The notes: a model not told the origin generated them from the letters alone. Shown: positions 35,835 through 46,176, numbered from the stretch's first letter. The stretch: DNA of 46,932 bases from Euryarchaeota archaeon UBA550 (GCA_002506705.1 DAYA01000055.1:1-46932), one strand, 5' to 3'. Numbers and translations: made by a program.

Positions 35835-38303
35835 TCACTCCAATTTGTGCATCTGGGTCAAAATTGAAGTAAATTCAACAAGGTTTTCTGGAATTTTAAC
35901 ACCTGATATCGGTGCATTTAGAGGCAGGCCGGCATCCTTTTTGGTTCTCCAAGTATTACCATTGAATTCTTCTATCGTGCCCGTCAAATCTCGAAGTTTA
36001 GAATCATCAGGTGTTCTTGGTGGGAACTCTCTGACATCAACCGCACTTGATGTGTAAAGCGTACTGGAAATGTGGTGTGTGAAGAAAGGACAAACAGGAG
36101 ATAATGCAGACATTAAGTCTCTAACAATACGGTGAATTGTCCATGCAGCATTTGTGTCGTCATCGTATAATCGGGACTTTGACATCTCCAACCAGTGGCT
36201 TGGTAAAATTCCGGTACCGAAGGTCTTCAACGCTTGGGTAGCTGTGTAGATGTCTAGATTGGACCAAGCATTTTCAACCTTCTCCATAGTTTCAGAAAAT
36301 TCTGATAGAATCCATCTATCTTCAACAGAAAGGTCGCTGGGGACGGTGTCTAAATCGCTTGGTACATCAAACTGGCTTGCAAACCTTGCAACATTGAACA
36401 ATTTTGTGAGAACTCCGAAATATTTGGCCTCAATTTCCTCAGGATTGATATGGAAATCATCTCCTACTTGGGCATCACATGCTTTCCATAATCTGAAACA
36501 CTCAGAACCAATCTTGTTTGCCCGTAGTTGTACACTCTTTTCAGGACCTTTCACCCTCCAAGAGCCTGTTTTGCCACCAGCGCCGCATTCAAGGACGCTG
36601 TCTGCATCAATTCCATTGCCAAGGGACTTTGACATCTTTCGACCCCAAGGGTCCATGCCCAAGCCATCAATCCATACGTGCTTAAATCCTGGCTTATCGA
36701 GTAATAATGCGCTCTTTAGCAAGGTGTAGTACAACCAGGTCCTGACGATCTCTTTTCCTTGAGGTCTGATTGCTGTAGGGAAGGCTTTGTCGAAATTATC
36801 CATATCACTTAGATAACCTGATACGAATAGGTTCGAATTGCTGGAGTCCATCCAAGTGTCGAAAACCTTCTCTTCCCCAACGATTTCTCCTAGTTCATTT
36901 TCCATTTCTTCGAATATTCCCAAGACTTCTCGGGTTTCACGGTCAAGAACCTCACTTTCTGCAGGCGGTGATTGACACCATGGTTGAACGTAAACTCCAG
37001 CTGGCGCACAGATGACCTTGCTGCCATTGTCAGCATACCAAATCGGAATTTCAGTATGGTACCACCTTCTACGGCTAATCGGCCAATCAATGGAGATATT
37101 CTCCATCCAATCGAGCAAGAACTGCTTGTTTCTAGGAGGGTGGAATTCGATTTCTTCTGAAAGCTCACGAATTCTGTCTTGTATGTGTGTCTGCCTAACA
37201 TACCACTCTTTGAGGAGGATTATCTCAACGGGATTTTTCCCTCTCTCAGAAACTGGTACTTCCTGCTCTTTTTCCACAATCTGACTTATTTTGCCATTGT
37301 TTTCGAGATACTCAATAACAGATTTTCTTGCCTCGGCAACCTTCATTCCAGAAAATTGTCCTGCAATCTCAGTCATACAACCATCTAAATCAATTGCTTG
37401 GAAAGGGGTTAGTCCTAATTCTCTGAAAACCGATACGTCATTTTGGTCACCAAATGAACAAACCATCAGTATGCCTGAACCGAATTCACTCTTTACTGAA
37501 GGGTGAGTTGAGATATCTACACTAATCTCTCTCCCTTCAACTGGTAGCGGCAACATTGCTTTCTTACCAATGAGATGTTTGTATCTGTCATCATCTGGAT
37601 GGACTACTACAATACCACAAGCACAAATTAATTCGGGTCTTGTAGTAGATATGATTAGTTCTTCACCATCTTCAGTATGCCATTTAACATCGACGAGTTT
37701 TGTTCTTCGTTGTAGTCTCTCAACCTCTGCATCTGCGATTGTCGTCCCCTCAACAGGGTCGTAGATATTTGGACGTAGGTCCTCAATAATCGCACCCCGC
37801 TTGAATAGTTCTGTGAAGATTGTCTGGGTAACTTTTCGGTAATCTGGCGAGTCGGTTAGATATTCGTTATCGTAATCCATTGAAAGTCCAACACGTCTAG
37901 CAGTGTTACGCATTGATTCGGTGAATTCTTCAATTGTCTGCTCACACAATTTAAGGAATTCAGCACGGTCATATGTTTTCATTTTCTTACCGGTATTTTT
38001 CTCTACTGTAAACTCAACATTGATACCGTTTCTGTCAACACCCCAAGGGAATTTTACTTCCTTGCCAAGTAGCCTTTGTGATCGAGCAATCACGTCAATC
38101 ATACTGTACTGAGCAACTGCACCTATATGCCATGTTCCACTTGGATATGGCGGTGGCGTATCGATTACGAAAATTTCTTTTCCAGAATTCGGATTGAAGG
38201 CGTATCTCTTGGAGTATGCAGCCTCATCAGCGAAGTGTTCTTCCTGAATTCTTTTTTCTAGGTCTATTGACCATCTTTTGTCGGATAGTTTAGGAGATGG
38301 CAT
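35835..38303 (-). CDS. valS: Valine--tRNA ligase
   Basis: IDTPPPYPSG...HIGA (HIGH region), TTRPELI editing-domain motif and KMSKSLGN. 822-833 aa depending on start (ATG 38303, ATG 38330 or GTG 38336). Confidence 0.82.
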   Translation of the reverse strand: MPSPKLSDKRWSIDLEKRIQEEHFADEAAYSKRYAFNPNSGKEIFVIDTPPPYPSGTWHIGAVAQYSMIDVIARSQRLLGKEVKFPWGVDRNGINVEFTVEKNTGKKMKTYDRAEFLKLCEQTIEEFTESMRNTARRVGLSMDYDNEYLTDSPDYRKVTQTIFTELFKRGAIIEDLRPNIYDPVEGTTIADAEVERLQRRTKLVDVKWHTEDGEELIISTTRPELICACGIVVVHPDDDRYKHLIGKKAMLPLPVEGREISVDISTHPSVKSEFGSGILMVCSFGDQNDVSVFRELGLTPFQAIDLDGCMTEIAGQFSGMKVAEARKSVIEYLENNGKISQIVEKEQEVPVSERGKNPVEIILLKEWYVRQTHIQDRIRELSEEIEFHPPRNKQFLLDWMENISIDWPISRRRWYHTEIPIWYADNGSKVICAPAGVYVQPWCQSPPAESEVLDRETREVLGIFEEMENELGEIVGEEKVFDTWMDSSNSNLFVSGYLSDMDNFDKAFPTAIRPQGKEIVRTWLYYTLLKSALLLDKPGFKHVWIDGLGMDPWGRKMSKSLGNGIDADSVLECGAGGKTGSWRVKGPEKSVQLRANKIGSECFRLWKACDAQVGDDFHINPEEIEAKYFGVLTKLFNVARFASQFDVPSDLDTVPSDLSVEDRWILSEFSETMEKVENAWSNLDIYTATQALKTFGTGILPSHWLEMSKSRLYDDDTNAAWTIHRIVRDLMSALSPVCPFFTHHISSTLYTSSAVDVREFPPRTPDDSKLRDLTGTIEEFNGNTWRTKKDAGLPLNAPISGVKIPENLVEFTSILTQMHKLE

Positions 38304-38310
38304 TTTGCTC

Positions 38311-38345
38311 ACCGGCCCTGTGTGCGTCATCCTCACAGGTCCGGT
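38311..38345. promoter_or_regulatory. Strong stem-loop in the valS / RND-exporter divergent region
   Basis: ACCGGCCCTGTG (38311-22) pairs with CACAGGTCCGGT (38334-45): 11 bp plus one mismatch, 11-nt loop. Confidence 0.35.
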
Positions 38346-38379
38346 TGCCGCTGTTGTGACTTACTTTTGAAGTGATTGG

Positions 38380-41300
38380 ATGACCAATATGGGTATGACT
38401 TCAAATGGTCAAAGCACAACGGGTATTTGGAGGGGGAGTATGTCGCAGGATAAATCCAAGCCGAAAGACGACCAGTCCTCGCTTCAAAACAAACTTTCAC
38501 GCATTGTGGGACACGGTCAAGAGAAGTTACGCACGAGCGTAAAGGACTGGGACGCCAGAAAGGCGTTAGATGCCGTTTTAGATGCTCCAAAATCCATACA
38601 AAGGGAGTGGCAGAAACATGGTGCAACCGGAATTTTGACAAAGTTTCCTATTTTTATGGTCACAGTATGTCTTTTGGCGTCCGTATTCTTTGCTTACCAT
38701 TCAGGATTCGTGGATGGAACTTCGATCAAGCCAGGGGATGAACCTTCTCTAAACGTCAACGGAGATCTTGATGTATATCTCCCTGAGGGTTCACCAGTTC
38801 TTGAGAGCATCAAAGATGTTGAAGAAAACTGGTCCACTAATGTGATGATCATTTACATTCATTCTCCAGAAAAACCAATTGACGACAGGAGAATTCTCCA
38901 AGAGATGTCTTATGTCGAAACAAAGCTAAATCCAAGGCTCTCCGACCCTACGGATGACGTTATTTACGCACTTTCTCTTTCAACCGTTATCAAAGAAGTA
39001 AACTCGAGTTTGCCAAGGGTTCAAGATGCGTTTGTTGATGAATTGGTTGCAGAAATTTGTCCCCCAAATGATGAGAACTGTATAGGTCAAACCGCAGGCG
39101 ACTTAGTGAAGGATTTGCTAGACCTTGGCGACCGTATTTGGGGCAATTACAGCATACCATCTCAAACTACGATAGATACAATTGTTAACGAGATGTATGA
39201 AGATGACGGAAGTCCTTCTCCTGGTCTAGACAAGATGGCTAGAGATACAGATGGAGATGGTTTCTTGGACAAAGCAGTAATTATTATTGCTGTTGATGAA
39301 ACAAAAACCGCCAAGGAAGTAATCGACAAAACACAGGAAATTTTGGATAACATCTCTAAGGAAAAGAGACCGTGTGAATATGACCAAAATGGAGCTCCTG
39401 TCGGTGCAGACCTCTGTGACTGGGAAGATTTGGGAATTTCAATGACTCTGACAGGGCCTGTTCCGATTACCAACGCAGTTACAGAATTCTCTTTCAAATT
39501 GTTCTGGCAAATCTTCCCACTAGCAATTGTACTGGTTGCATTGGGACTGTTTGTTTTCCACTCTGATGTCCTGCAAACTGGTACTTGGAGGCCTCTTCAA
39601 GGATTCAAAGTTGTAGTAATTGCAGGTTTGCCGACCCTATGTTCAGTGTTCTGGACTCTTGGAATAATGGGGTATACCGGCTATGAGGTTACGATGACGG
39701 TTATTATCGTCGGTCCGATTTTGCTAGCTTTAGGAGTATCTTACGGCCTGCACATAACAAATAGGTATGCGGAAGAGACGGGAACAAAGGACGAGAAAAT
39801 ACGACAATCTCTAGCCTCTACAGGTAGGGCTGTATTCTTGTCTGCGGTGACTACAGTTATCGGTTTCATTTCACTTACATTTACGCCAATGAAGCCAATT
39901 GAAACAGTGGGAATCGCTCTTTCAGGTGGTATTGTAATTGTTTATTTCTTGACTATGACGATGGTTCCCAATTTGACTCTTTTACTAGATTTACGGAAAC
40001 CAAAACATCCGCCTCTTCCTGTGTTCGAAAAGGTAGTCCAAGTTCCAATTAAGTGGTCCAAAGGTGTAATTGCGATATTTATGGTAATGATATTTGTTTC
40101 AGGATTCTGGGGCCAGGGTAACGTTGAGGAAAATATCGACCTACTAGGTATGGCTCCCGAAGATGAGGCATCAGTAGTTACGATGAAGCAGTACTCAAAA
40201 GATTTCAATGCAGGCCAAGTTGGAATGATATTGATTGAAGGCGATATATCAGGTGATGCCGATCCGACGGAAGGCGAGCCCGTTGAGAAACTGCTTGGTA
40301 TATCTGCCCTTGAGGATAAATTGAATACAATTGAACAAACTAATGCTGTCAGTATTGTTTTCTTGATGAAATCGGTTGGTTTAGGTGCGAATGTCAGCGG
40401 AACTCCACTTTGGAACTTGACCGATAACCCGTTGGTTCCTGAAGACTTGAAAGATGCCTTAGAGCCATATCTTAACCGTCAATACAACGAAGACGTGACC
40501 TTCTGGGAAATACTGACGGCTCCTAGAGCAAATGGTACTGAGAATGTGAGAGCTGAAGGCTTCCTCCTCGATGTTTTCTACTCAAGCCTTACCGATGAGA
40601 CTCGAGGATTATTCATCTCTGATGATTACAGTCGTAACTTGATTTACGTTGATATGCCGTTCGTTCCAGTTGCGGAGACCGCTGAGGCAGTAGCTCAAGT
40701 CAACGAATACACATCAAGAGATTACGAAGGAGATATTTACGCAGGCGACCTCACTGGAGTTGCAGCAACAGCAATTGCAGTCAATGAATTGATAGTTGGC
40801 AGCCAATGGTCTTCACTTGGGTTCGCCGTTGCTCTCACACTGATGACTCTTGCAATTGTTTTCAAGGATATTAGATTCTCATTCTGGACAACAGCCCCTG
40901 TTATTGCAACAGTAGCGCTTCAATGGCTAGTAATGTGGCAGATGGATGTTTCATTATCTCTAGTAACAGTCATGATAGGTTCAATCTTAGTTGGTGTAGG
41001 AGTTGACTTCTCGATTCACATAGCCAACCGTATACGTGAGTTGGGCGGTGGAATTGAAGCGATACGGACATCGACTGTGAGTACTGGAATGTCGTTATTT
41101 GAGGCTGCAACTGTGACAACTTTGGGTATGGTTACAGCCTATCAGATTCCAATTCCGGAAATTAAGCCATTCATCACTGTTATCATCATCTTATTGTGGA
41201 TTGCAGCAGCAAGTGCATTGATTCTACTGCCTGCGATTTTCGTATTGTTAGATGAACTAGGTATAGGTTCAACTACAGGAGCAAATTCCATGGCAAGAAA

Positions 41301-41385
41301 ACTTGGATTGGGTAAAGTTGCATCTAGAGGAGACATAGATATCGTAGATGCTGCTCTGATTCCTGACCATGGTGACGCATGGTGA
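38380..41385 (+). CDS. RND-superfamily / MMPL-type exporter (COG1033-like)
   Basis: Two 5-6 TM bundles, each preceded by a large loop. Duplicated motif GVSYGLHITNRY / GVGVDFSIHIANRI. Confidence 0.82.
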   Translation: MTNMGMTSNGQSTTGIWRGSMSQDKSKPKDDQSSLQNKLSRIVGHGQEKLRTSVKDWDARKALDAVLDAPKSIQREWQKHGATGILTKFPIFMVTVCLLASVFFAYHSGFVDGTSIKPGDEPSLNVNGDLDVYLPEGSPVLESIKDVEENWSTNVMIIYIHSPEKPIDDRRILQEMSYVETKLNPRLSDPTDDVIYALSLSTVIKEVNSSLPRVQDAFVDELVAEICPPNDENCIGQTAGDLVKDLLDLGDRIWGNYSIPSQTTIDTIVNEMYEDDGSPSPGLDKMARDTDGDGFLDKAVIIIAVDETKTAKEVIDKTQEILDNISKEKRPCEYDQNGAPVGADLCDWEDLGISMTLTGPVPITNAVTEFSFKLFWQIFPLAIVLVALGLFVFHSDVLQTGTWRPLQGFKVVVIAGLPTLCSVFWTLGIMGYTGYEVTMTVIIVGPILLALGVSYGLHITNRYAEETGTKDEKIRQSLASTGRAVFLSAVTTVIGFISLTFTPMKPIETVGIALSGGIVIVYFLTMTMVPNLTLLLDLRKPKHPPLPVFEKVVQVPIKWSKGVIAIFMVMIFVSGFWGQGNVEENIDLLGMAPEDEASVVTMKQYSKDFNAGQVGMILIEGDISGDADPTEGEPVEKLLGISALEDKLNTIEQTNAVSIVFLMKSVGLGANVSGTPLWNLTDNPLVPEDLKDALEPYLNRQYNEDVTFWEILTAPRANGTENVRAEGFLLDVFYSSLTDETRGLFISDDYSRNLIYVDMPFVPVAETAEAVAQVNEYTSRDYEGDIYAGDLTGVAATAIAVNELIVGSQWSSLGFAVALTLMTLAIVFKDIRFSFWTTAPVIATVALQWLVMWQMDVSLSLVTVMIGSILVGVGVDFSIHIANRIRELGGGIEAIRTSTVSTGMSLFEAATVTTLGMVTAYQIPIPEIKPFITVIIILLWIAAASALILLPAIFVLLDELGIGSTTGANSMARKLGLGKVASRGDIDIVDAALIPDHGDAW

Positions 41386-41416
41386 AATCTAAGTCTTGCC
41401 TACTTTACGGATAGGC

Positions 41417-41878
41417 ATGGTCAGGTACTGGTTGATGAAGTCCGAGCCCCACGTCTACCCATTTTCACAATTGGTCGAAGACGGTTCTACGCATTGGGAT
41501 GGAGTAAGAAACTATCAAGCGCGAAATATGATGCGTGATGATCTAAAGTTAGGAGACATGGTACTGTTTTACCACTCGAATACTAAACCACCACACGTTG
41601 CAGGAATTGCTAGAGTTTCACGAGAGGGTTATCCAGATCATACCTCATGGGACCCAGATAGTAAGTACTACGACGAAAAATCATCACCCGAGAATCCACG
41701 CTGGATAATGGTTGATATTGAAGCAGTCCAGGAAATTGAAAAGGTAAGCCTTGTAGAAATCAAGGCAAACCCTGCTCTCGAAGGTATGCCACTTGTTCAG
41801 AAGGGTCAGAGGCTCTCTGTACAACCCGTTTCGAAGGAACAATACGAAGAAATCTGTAGAATGGGTGGAATCGAATGA
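41417..41878 (+). CDS. EVE domain protein
   Basis: MVRYWLMKSEPHVY...WDGVRNYQARNMMRD.LKLGDMVLFYHS matches EVE/PUA-like proteins. Confidence 0.85.
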   Translation: MVRYWLMKSEPHVYPFSQLVEDGSTHWDGVRNYQARNMMRDDLKLGDMVLFYHSNTKPPHVAGIARVSREGYPDHTSWDPDSKYYDEKSSPENPRWIMVDIEAVQEIEKVSLVEIKANPALEGMPLVQKGQRLSVQPVSKEQYEEICRMGGIE

Positions 41879-43089
41879 TACCTGTATCTAATCGCGCATC
41901 AACTATTGAGTATGCGATTAGAGATGTAGTTGTACCTGCTACTAAATTAGAATCTGAAGGCTATGAAATTATCAAGCTAAACATAGGCGATCCAATAGCA
42001 TATCCTGGATTGCCGACACCAAAACATATGGTTGACGCATATGTGGAGGGTCTTGAATCAGGAAACAACGGTTACTCTCCTTCATACGGGCTCCCGAGAT
42101 TAAGAAAAGCCATAGCAGCGGATGAAACCAGGAAAGGATGGAATTGCTCTACCGATGATGTTTATGTCTGTCACGGAGTAACCGAGGCATTGCAGATAAT
42201 ATTCGCAGCAACTCTAGAAGAAGGCTCCAAAGTTCTAGCGCCCGGTCCTCATTACCCACCATACATGGCTTATCCGCAAATGTATGGTGCCACAACTATT
42301 GAGTATTCATTGAAATCAGATAATGGTTGGTCAATTGACTTAGATGATATCGAGAGCAAGATGGATTCTGATGTTCGTCTTCTAGTCCTCATCAATCCAA
42401 ATAATCCAACCGGGAATGTAGCAAGCTCAGAGGAAATCGACAAGCTCCTCGACATCGCCAAAAAGTGGCCAAATTGTATGATAGTCGCAGATGAAATATA
42501 CGATGGTCTTGACTTTACTGGCGAGCATGTTTCCGTGGCATCACGGTCAGATAGTGTCCCCGTGTTTTCTCTAAATGGTGTCTCCAAAGTATACTATGCA
42601 CCTGGATGGAGAATTGGATATATGGCAATTCATGACCCTGTTGGCTCCATGACGGATGTAAGGGATGGAATTGAACGATTACTTAGGTCAAGGCTGTGCG
42701 CTAGCACACCAGCTCAGTTAGGTTATATCGCAGGTTTGGAAGGTGATCGTACCTGGATGGAGGAACATTGTACAAGGGTCAAGAGTCGAAGGCAACTTTG
42801 TCTTGATAGGATTGAAAAAATCGACGGCCTTGAAGTGGAAAAGCCTGGTGGCGCATTTTACATGTTCATTCGCTTAACAGATAAGAAATGGGCTAATGAT
42901 GACAAACAGTTTGTTCTCGATTTGTTGCATGAAGAGCATGTTTTACTAGTCCACGGAAGTGGCTTCTCTCCAGAAAAGGGACAGGGTCATTTCCGCCTCG
43001 TTTACCTTGCTGATGAAGATACTTTGAACATAGCATTCGACAGGATTGATTCTTTCTTAATTCGCCACCGGACGGCGAAGAAGTCATGA
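41875..43089 (+). CDS. Class I/II PLP-dependent aminotransferase (alanine/aspartate aminotransferase-like)
   Basis: LNIGDP, NPNNPTG, and SLNGVSKVYYAPGWRIGY (PLP lysine). ATGA overlap with the EVE gene. Confidence 0.87.
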   Translation: MIPVSNRASTIEYAIRDVVVPATKLESEGYEIIKLNIGDPIAYPGLPTPKHMVDAYVEGLESGNNGYSPSYGLPRLRKAIAADETRKGWNCSTDDVYVCHGVTEALQIIFAATLEEGSKVLAPGPHYPPYMAYPQMYGATTIEYSLKSDNGWSIDLDDIESKMDSDVRLLVLINPNNPTGNVASSEEIDKLLDIAKKWPNCMIVADEIYDGLDFTGEHVSVASRSDSVPVFSLNGVSKVYYAPGWRIGYMAIHDPVGSMTDVRDGIERLLRSRLCASTPAQLGYIAGLEGDRTWMEEHCTRVKSRRQLCLDRIEKIDGLEVEKPGGAFYMFIRLTDKKWANDDKQFVLDLLHEEHVLLVHGSGFSPEKGQGHFRLVYLADEDTLNIAFDRIDSFLIRHRTAKKS

Positions 43090-43112
43090 AGCCCTTTCAC
43101 TAGGCTTGCTTG

Positions 43113-46100
43113 ATGAGGGCTTTCCTGATAGCCAGTATATTCTCAGTGGTTCTATTACCACTGGTAAGTGCTGGTACCGTCGAAAACCCCGCAAATCTCT
43201 CAATCGAACACGCAATTCCATTCCTGGTTGCGTTGGTAACAGCCCTCGTTTTATGGAAATGGATGATTCCAACCCAATTGTCTGGGCTACAGGTTGGTTT
43301 CGAGATAGATGATGGTTTGTATGAGGTTCACAGTTTAACGAAGGGGCGTGGTGGTGTCAAGAAATTACTCAACCTGCCTAACGTTGGATTTGGAATCGCA
43401 CTGTACATGATGGCGATGACTGGTGTTTTACTCCTCATTTCGGAGTTAATCTTCGACGCACAGGTGTATTACCTTCCAAACCTGTTACTGATGGGTATAT
43501 TGGTTTTAATTCCAATTTTGATATCTCCTTGGGAATCACTAAACGGGCAGTTGGTTGGAAAGAGAATTGGGGTTACAAAAAATAAGTTTCTAAAACTATT
43601 TTTTAGAAGAACTGGTACATTCGTTGGTTTATTAGCAACATCAGTGGGTACTTACCTGCTTCTACTCCCAAGAATTGACCCCTCGCAAAAGCCCTTGGCA
43701 TTGGCAATTGCGGGTTTAGTTTTCATGGGCCCCACAATTCTTGCATATGGAAGAATTATGGGTGCTTCTTGGAACATGCTTATGGTTGGAAAGTTCAGAA
43801 CATGGTTAGGAAAGCCAAATCCAATCGATGCCAAAAAGTTGGGGTTCGTTGGAAGAGCATTCGCATTTATCCTTATGCTATTCCTAATAACTATGCCAAT
43901 AACTGCAATTAATGGTATTGTAACCGTTGCATTGGTCATGATCAATGACCCAGCAAATTCAGAAGAAATACTGAATTATGGCGGAATTCTTGGGCATCAA
44001 GTGTATTTGCAAATCCAAGAAAACCCGCTTCTTGCAGAATGGGAGGCATTGAAGAATTTACCTGAGGTTCTCGCCGCTTATCTATCTTTGAATATCGCAA
44101 TCGTGGGTCTTGCTTTCATTTTCGAACTGATTAGAAACTTGTTCCTTGGAGGTCAAGCATTCGGTGGATTGGGTGGCGTTTTACTTGCAACGCCGAGAGA
44201 AATTCGGTCAGAAGACAAAGCTCAAGCACGTGTACTGTACTTTGCATTCGCTGGATTTAGTGGGTATACTGCATTGTTGTTGATTTTGGTATGTTACAAG
44301 GAATTTGGCGATTTAATGCCGTTCATTGAATGGTTTGAAGGTAGAGGTTTTGACGAGGAATATCGTCTATTAGTTACATGGATATTCATCGCTGTTGGTC
44401 AAACGATTTTCCTTCTTACCTGGGTACTATCGATCTCTAAGTTCAACCCTCTTCGGAACTTGAAATTCGATTTAAATCCCGATCAAAGGCGTGAGGGTGC
44501 AATTATGAGCGGTGGTGGTAACTGGATGTTCGATTTGGTTGAGGAATCCGCTCAAAACAATGACATCGATGCCCTAGTTAGGTTTCAAAATCGGTCCATA
44601 GGCGAGGATGAAGCAATTGTAAGGCTAGCAAAAAGCCGTGCTAGAATGGTTGAAATGGCATTGCGAGGTTTGTGGCCAACTGCGATAGAAGAAGCAAAGA
44701 AAGTGCTTGCACAGTCTGGCGGGGACGATGATGAAGCGAGGATGATTATTGCTTCAGGGCATATTGCTTGTAGAAGGCTTGATGCTGCAAGAGAGGCACT
44801 TCACAATTTACAACAACCTGAAGGTTATGATGAGCCAGAGTTGTTAGCATTCATTTGTGAATGGTTTGACCCATACAATGGCTCGGTTGAGGAGGATGAT
44901 TTGTGGGATTGGGAAAATAATCCTTGCATTGACCACCTCAATGATCTGATGAAGATGCTGCGAGCTTGGAGTCCACAACCAACAGATAGCATAATGCACA
45001 AAGATACCATTTCACTAACTGCTAGGTTAACTCATGTCGCTTTACTAAGAGCACAAAATGTGCATAAGGAAGCACTAGACATCTCACTTAGATTGGTTAG
45101 AGAAAATCCGACAATGGCTCTTCCGAGGATTGCTGCAGCCCTTTGTCTGGTTGACAAAGGAGAATGGCATAGCGCATTGAGTGTTCTCACAGAATTAGAA
45201 GAATCAGATCCACACGACCCAAGAGTCAAGGCATTAGCTAATATTCTCGGCCGACCAAAATCGGATGATGATGATGACGTTTTGGAGGTTGCATTAACCA
45301 AGAAAACGACTAAACGCTCCCGTAAATGGATCAATGACGCACCTGTAAATCCCGTGGCTGCTCTAATGGTCAAGGGAGGGGTTGATGAAGCTCTAAACGC
45401 TAACGTATTCATCACTGCAGCAGCGGCTGTAAATAGGAAAATGACTCCTCGATTTACTTCGAGTGTAATCACGAAAATCTTCCATTGGGGTGTATTAACG
45501 CCAATCTGGATCCTTCTAGGAATATATGCAACTGGTGAAATCGGCATGCTCGAGGGAATCGCTATTGCGTTTGGACTTATATTCCTACATCAGAGTGCAA
45601 GAAGATTCAGTCGTCAACAAATGAAGGTGATTAGACACCGTGACCAGAAAGCAATGGTTGCATACGCTAAACGTGTCAAGCGTCACAAGATCAATCTTCA
45701 GAGGTCAGAACTTCCGGTGGGAACTCATCTACTGCTATCAGGCATGTTGCTGACCATCAACGGCGTGGTTTACGATGTTGGGTTCCCAGGTTGGATGACT
45801 GACCTTATCTCAAAAGAAAGTGAAAGGTCAGTCAGGCCTAAACTTGCACGAAGGGCAAATTCAATGAAGAGAGAAAGAGATGCTAGAATGGGTAATCTTT
45901 CTCCAGGTTGGTGGCTGAAACGTCCGAAAGAAGAAGGAGCAGATGTACCCGCAATGGAGCGATTAGTAGGTCCGGTTGCATACAGAGGGCGTAATCAGAT
46001 GATTCAAAGAAAATCAGGGAGAGCGGCTAGACCAATGGGTCGCACTAACAGACCAAGAGAAATAATGTCAACTAATCTCCAGAGGAAAGGTATTCCACAC

Positions 46101-46166
46101 AATACTATCCGCTCAGAGCGCCAATCTAGAGCTACCAGAACAGGTGGTCCTCGACGACCAAACTGA
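43113..46166 (+). CDS. Large orphan polytopic membrane protein with a TPR-like soluble domain and an Arg/Lys-rich C-terminal tail (1017 aa)
   Basis: Signal-like MRAFLIASIFSVVLLPLVSAG. About 10 TM helices, a ~300-aa helical repeat region, two more TM helices, and a basic tail ...RPMGRTNRPRE...RQSRATRTGGPRRPN. Confidence 0.7.
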   Translation: MRAFLIASIFSVVLLPLVSAGTVENPANLSIEHAIPFLVALVTALVLWKWMIPTQLSGLQVGFEIDDGLYEVHSLTKGRGGVKKLLNLPNVGFGIALYMMAMTGVLLLISELIFDAQVYYLPNLLLMGILVLIPILISPWESLNGQLVGKRIGVTKNKFLKLFFRRTGTFVGLLATSVGTYLLLLPRIDPSQKPLALAIAGLVFMGPTILAYGRIMGASWNMLMVGKFRTWLGKPNPIDAKKLGFVGRAFAFILMLFLITMPITAINGIVTVALVMINDPANSEEILNYGGILGHQVYLQIQENPLLAEWEALKNLPEVLAAYLSLNIAIVGLAFIFELIRNLFLGGQAFGGLGGVLLATPREIRSEDKAQARVLYFAFAGFSGYTALLLILVCYKEFGDLMPFIEWFEGRGFDEEYRLLVTWIFIAVGQTIFLLTWVLSISKFNPLRNLKFDLNPDQRREGAIMSGGGNWMFDLVEESAQNNDIDALVRFQNRSIGEDEAIVRLAKSRARMVEMALRGLWPTAIEEAKKVLAQSGGDDDEARMIIASGHIACRRLDAAREALHNLQQPEGYDEPELLAFICEWFDPYNGSVEEDDLWDWENNPCIDHLNDLMKMLRAWSPQPTDSIMHKDTISLTARLTHVALLRAQNVHKEALDISLRLVRENPTMALPRIAAALCLVDKGEWHSALSVLTELEESDPHDPRVKALANILGRPKSDDDDDVLEVALTKKTTKRSRKWINDAPVNPVAALMVKGGVDEALNANVFITAAAAVNRKMTPRFTSSVITKIFHWGVLTPIWILLGIYATGEIGMLEGIAIAFGLIFLHQSARRFSRQQMKVIRHRDQKAMVAYAKRVKRHKINLQRSELPVGTHLLLSGMLLTINGVVYDVGFPGWMTDLISKESERSVRPKLARRANSMKRERDARMGNLSPGWWLKRPKEEGADVPAMERLVGPVAYRGRNQMIQRKSGRAARPMGRTNRPREIMSTNLQRKGIPHNTIRSERQSRATRTGGPRRPN

Positions 46167-46170
46167 ACGG

Positions 46171-46176
46171 TTTTTT
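46171..46176 (+). terminator. T6 run 4 nt after the stop of the 1017-aa gene
   Basis: TGAACGGTTTTTTC. Confidence 0.3.

Noticed and set aside
43111-43128. TGATGA ... CTGA, resembling C and D boxes of a C/D sRNA
   Set aside because: The boxes are only 8 nt apart and overlap the start codon of the 1017-aa gene. There is no terminal stem or second box pair.
45032-45547. 171-aa ORF antisense to the 1017-aa membrane protein gene
   Set aside because: It is embedded in a long uninterrupted + strand ORF with coherent TM/TPR architecture, and the antisense product is low complexity.
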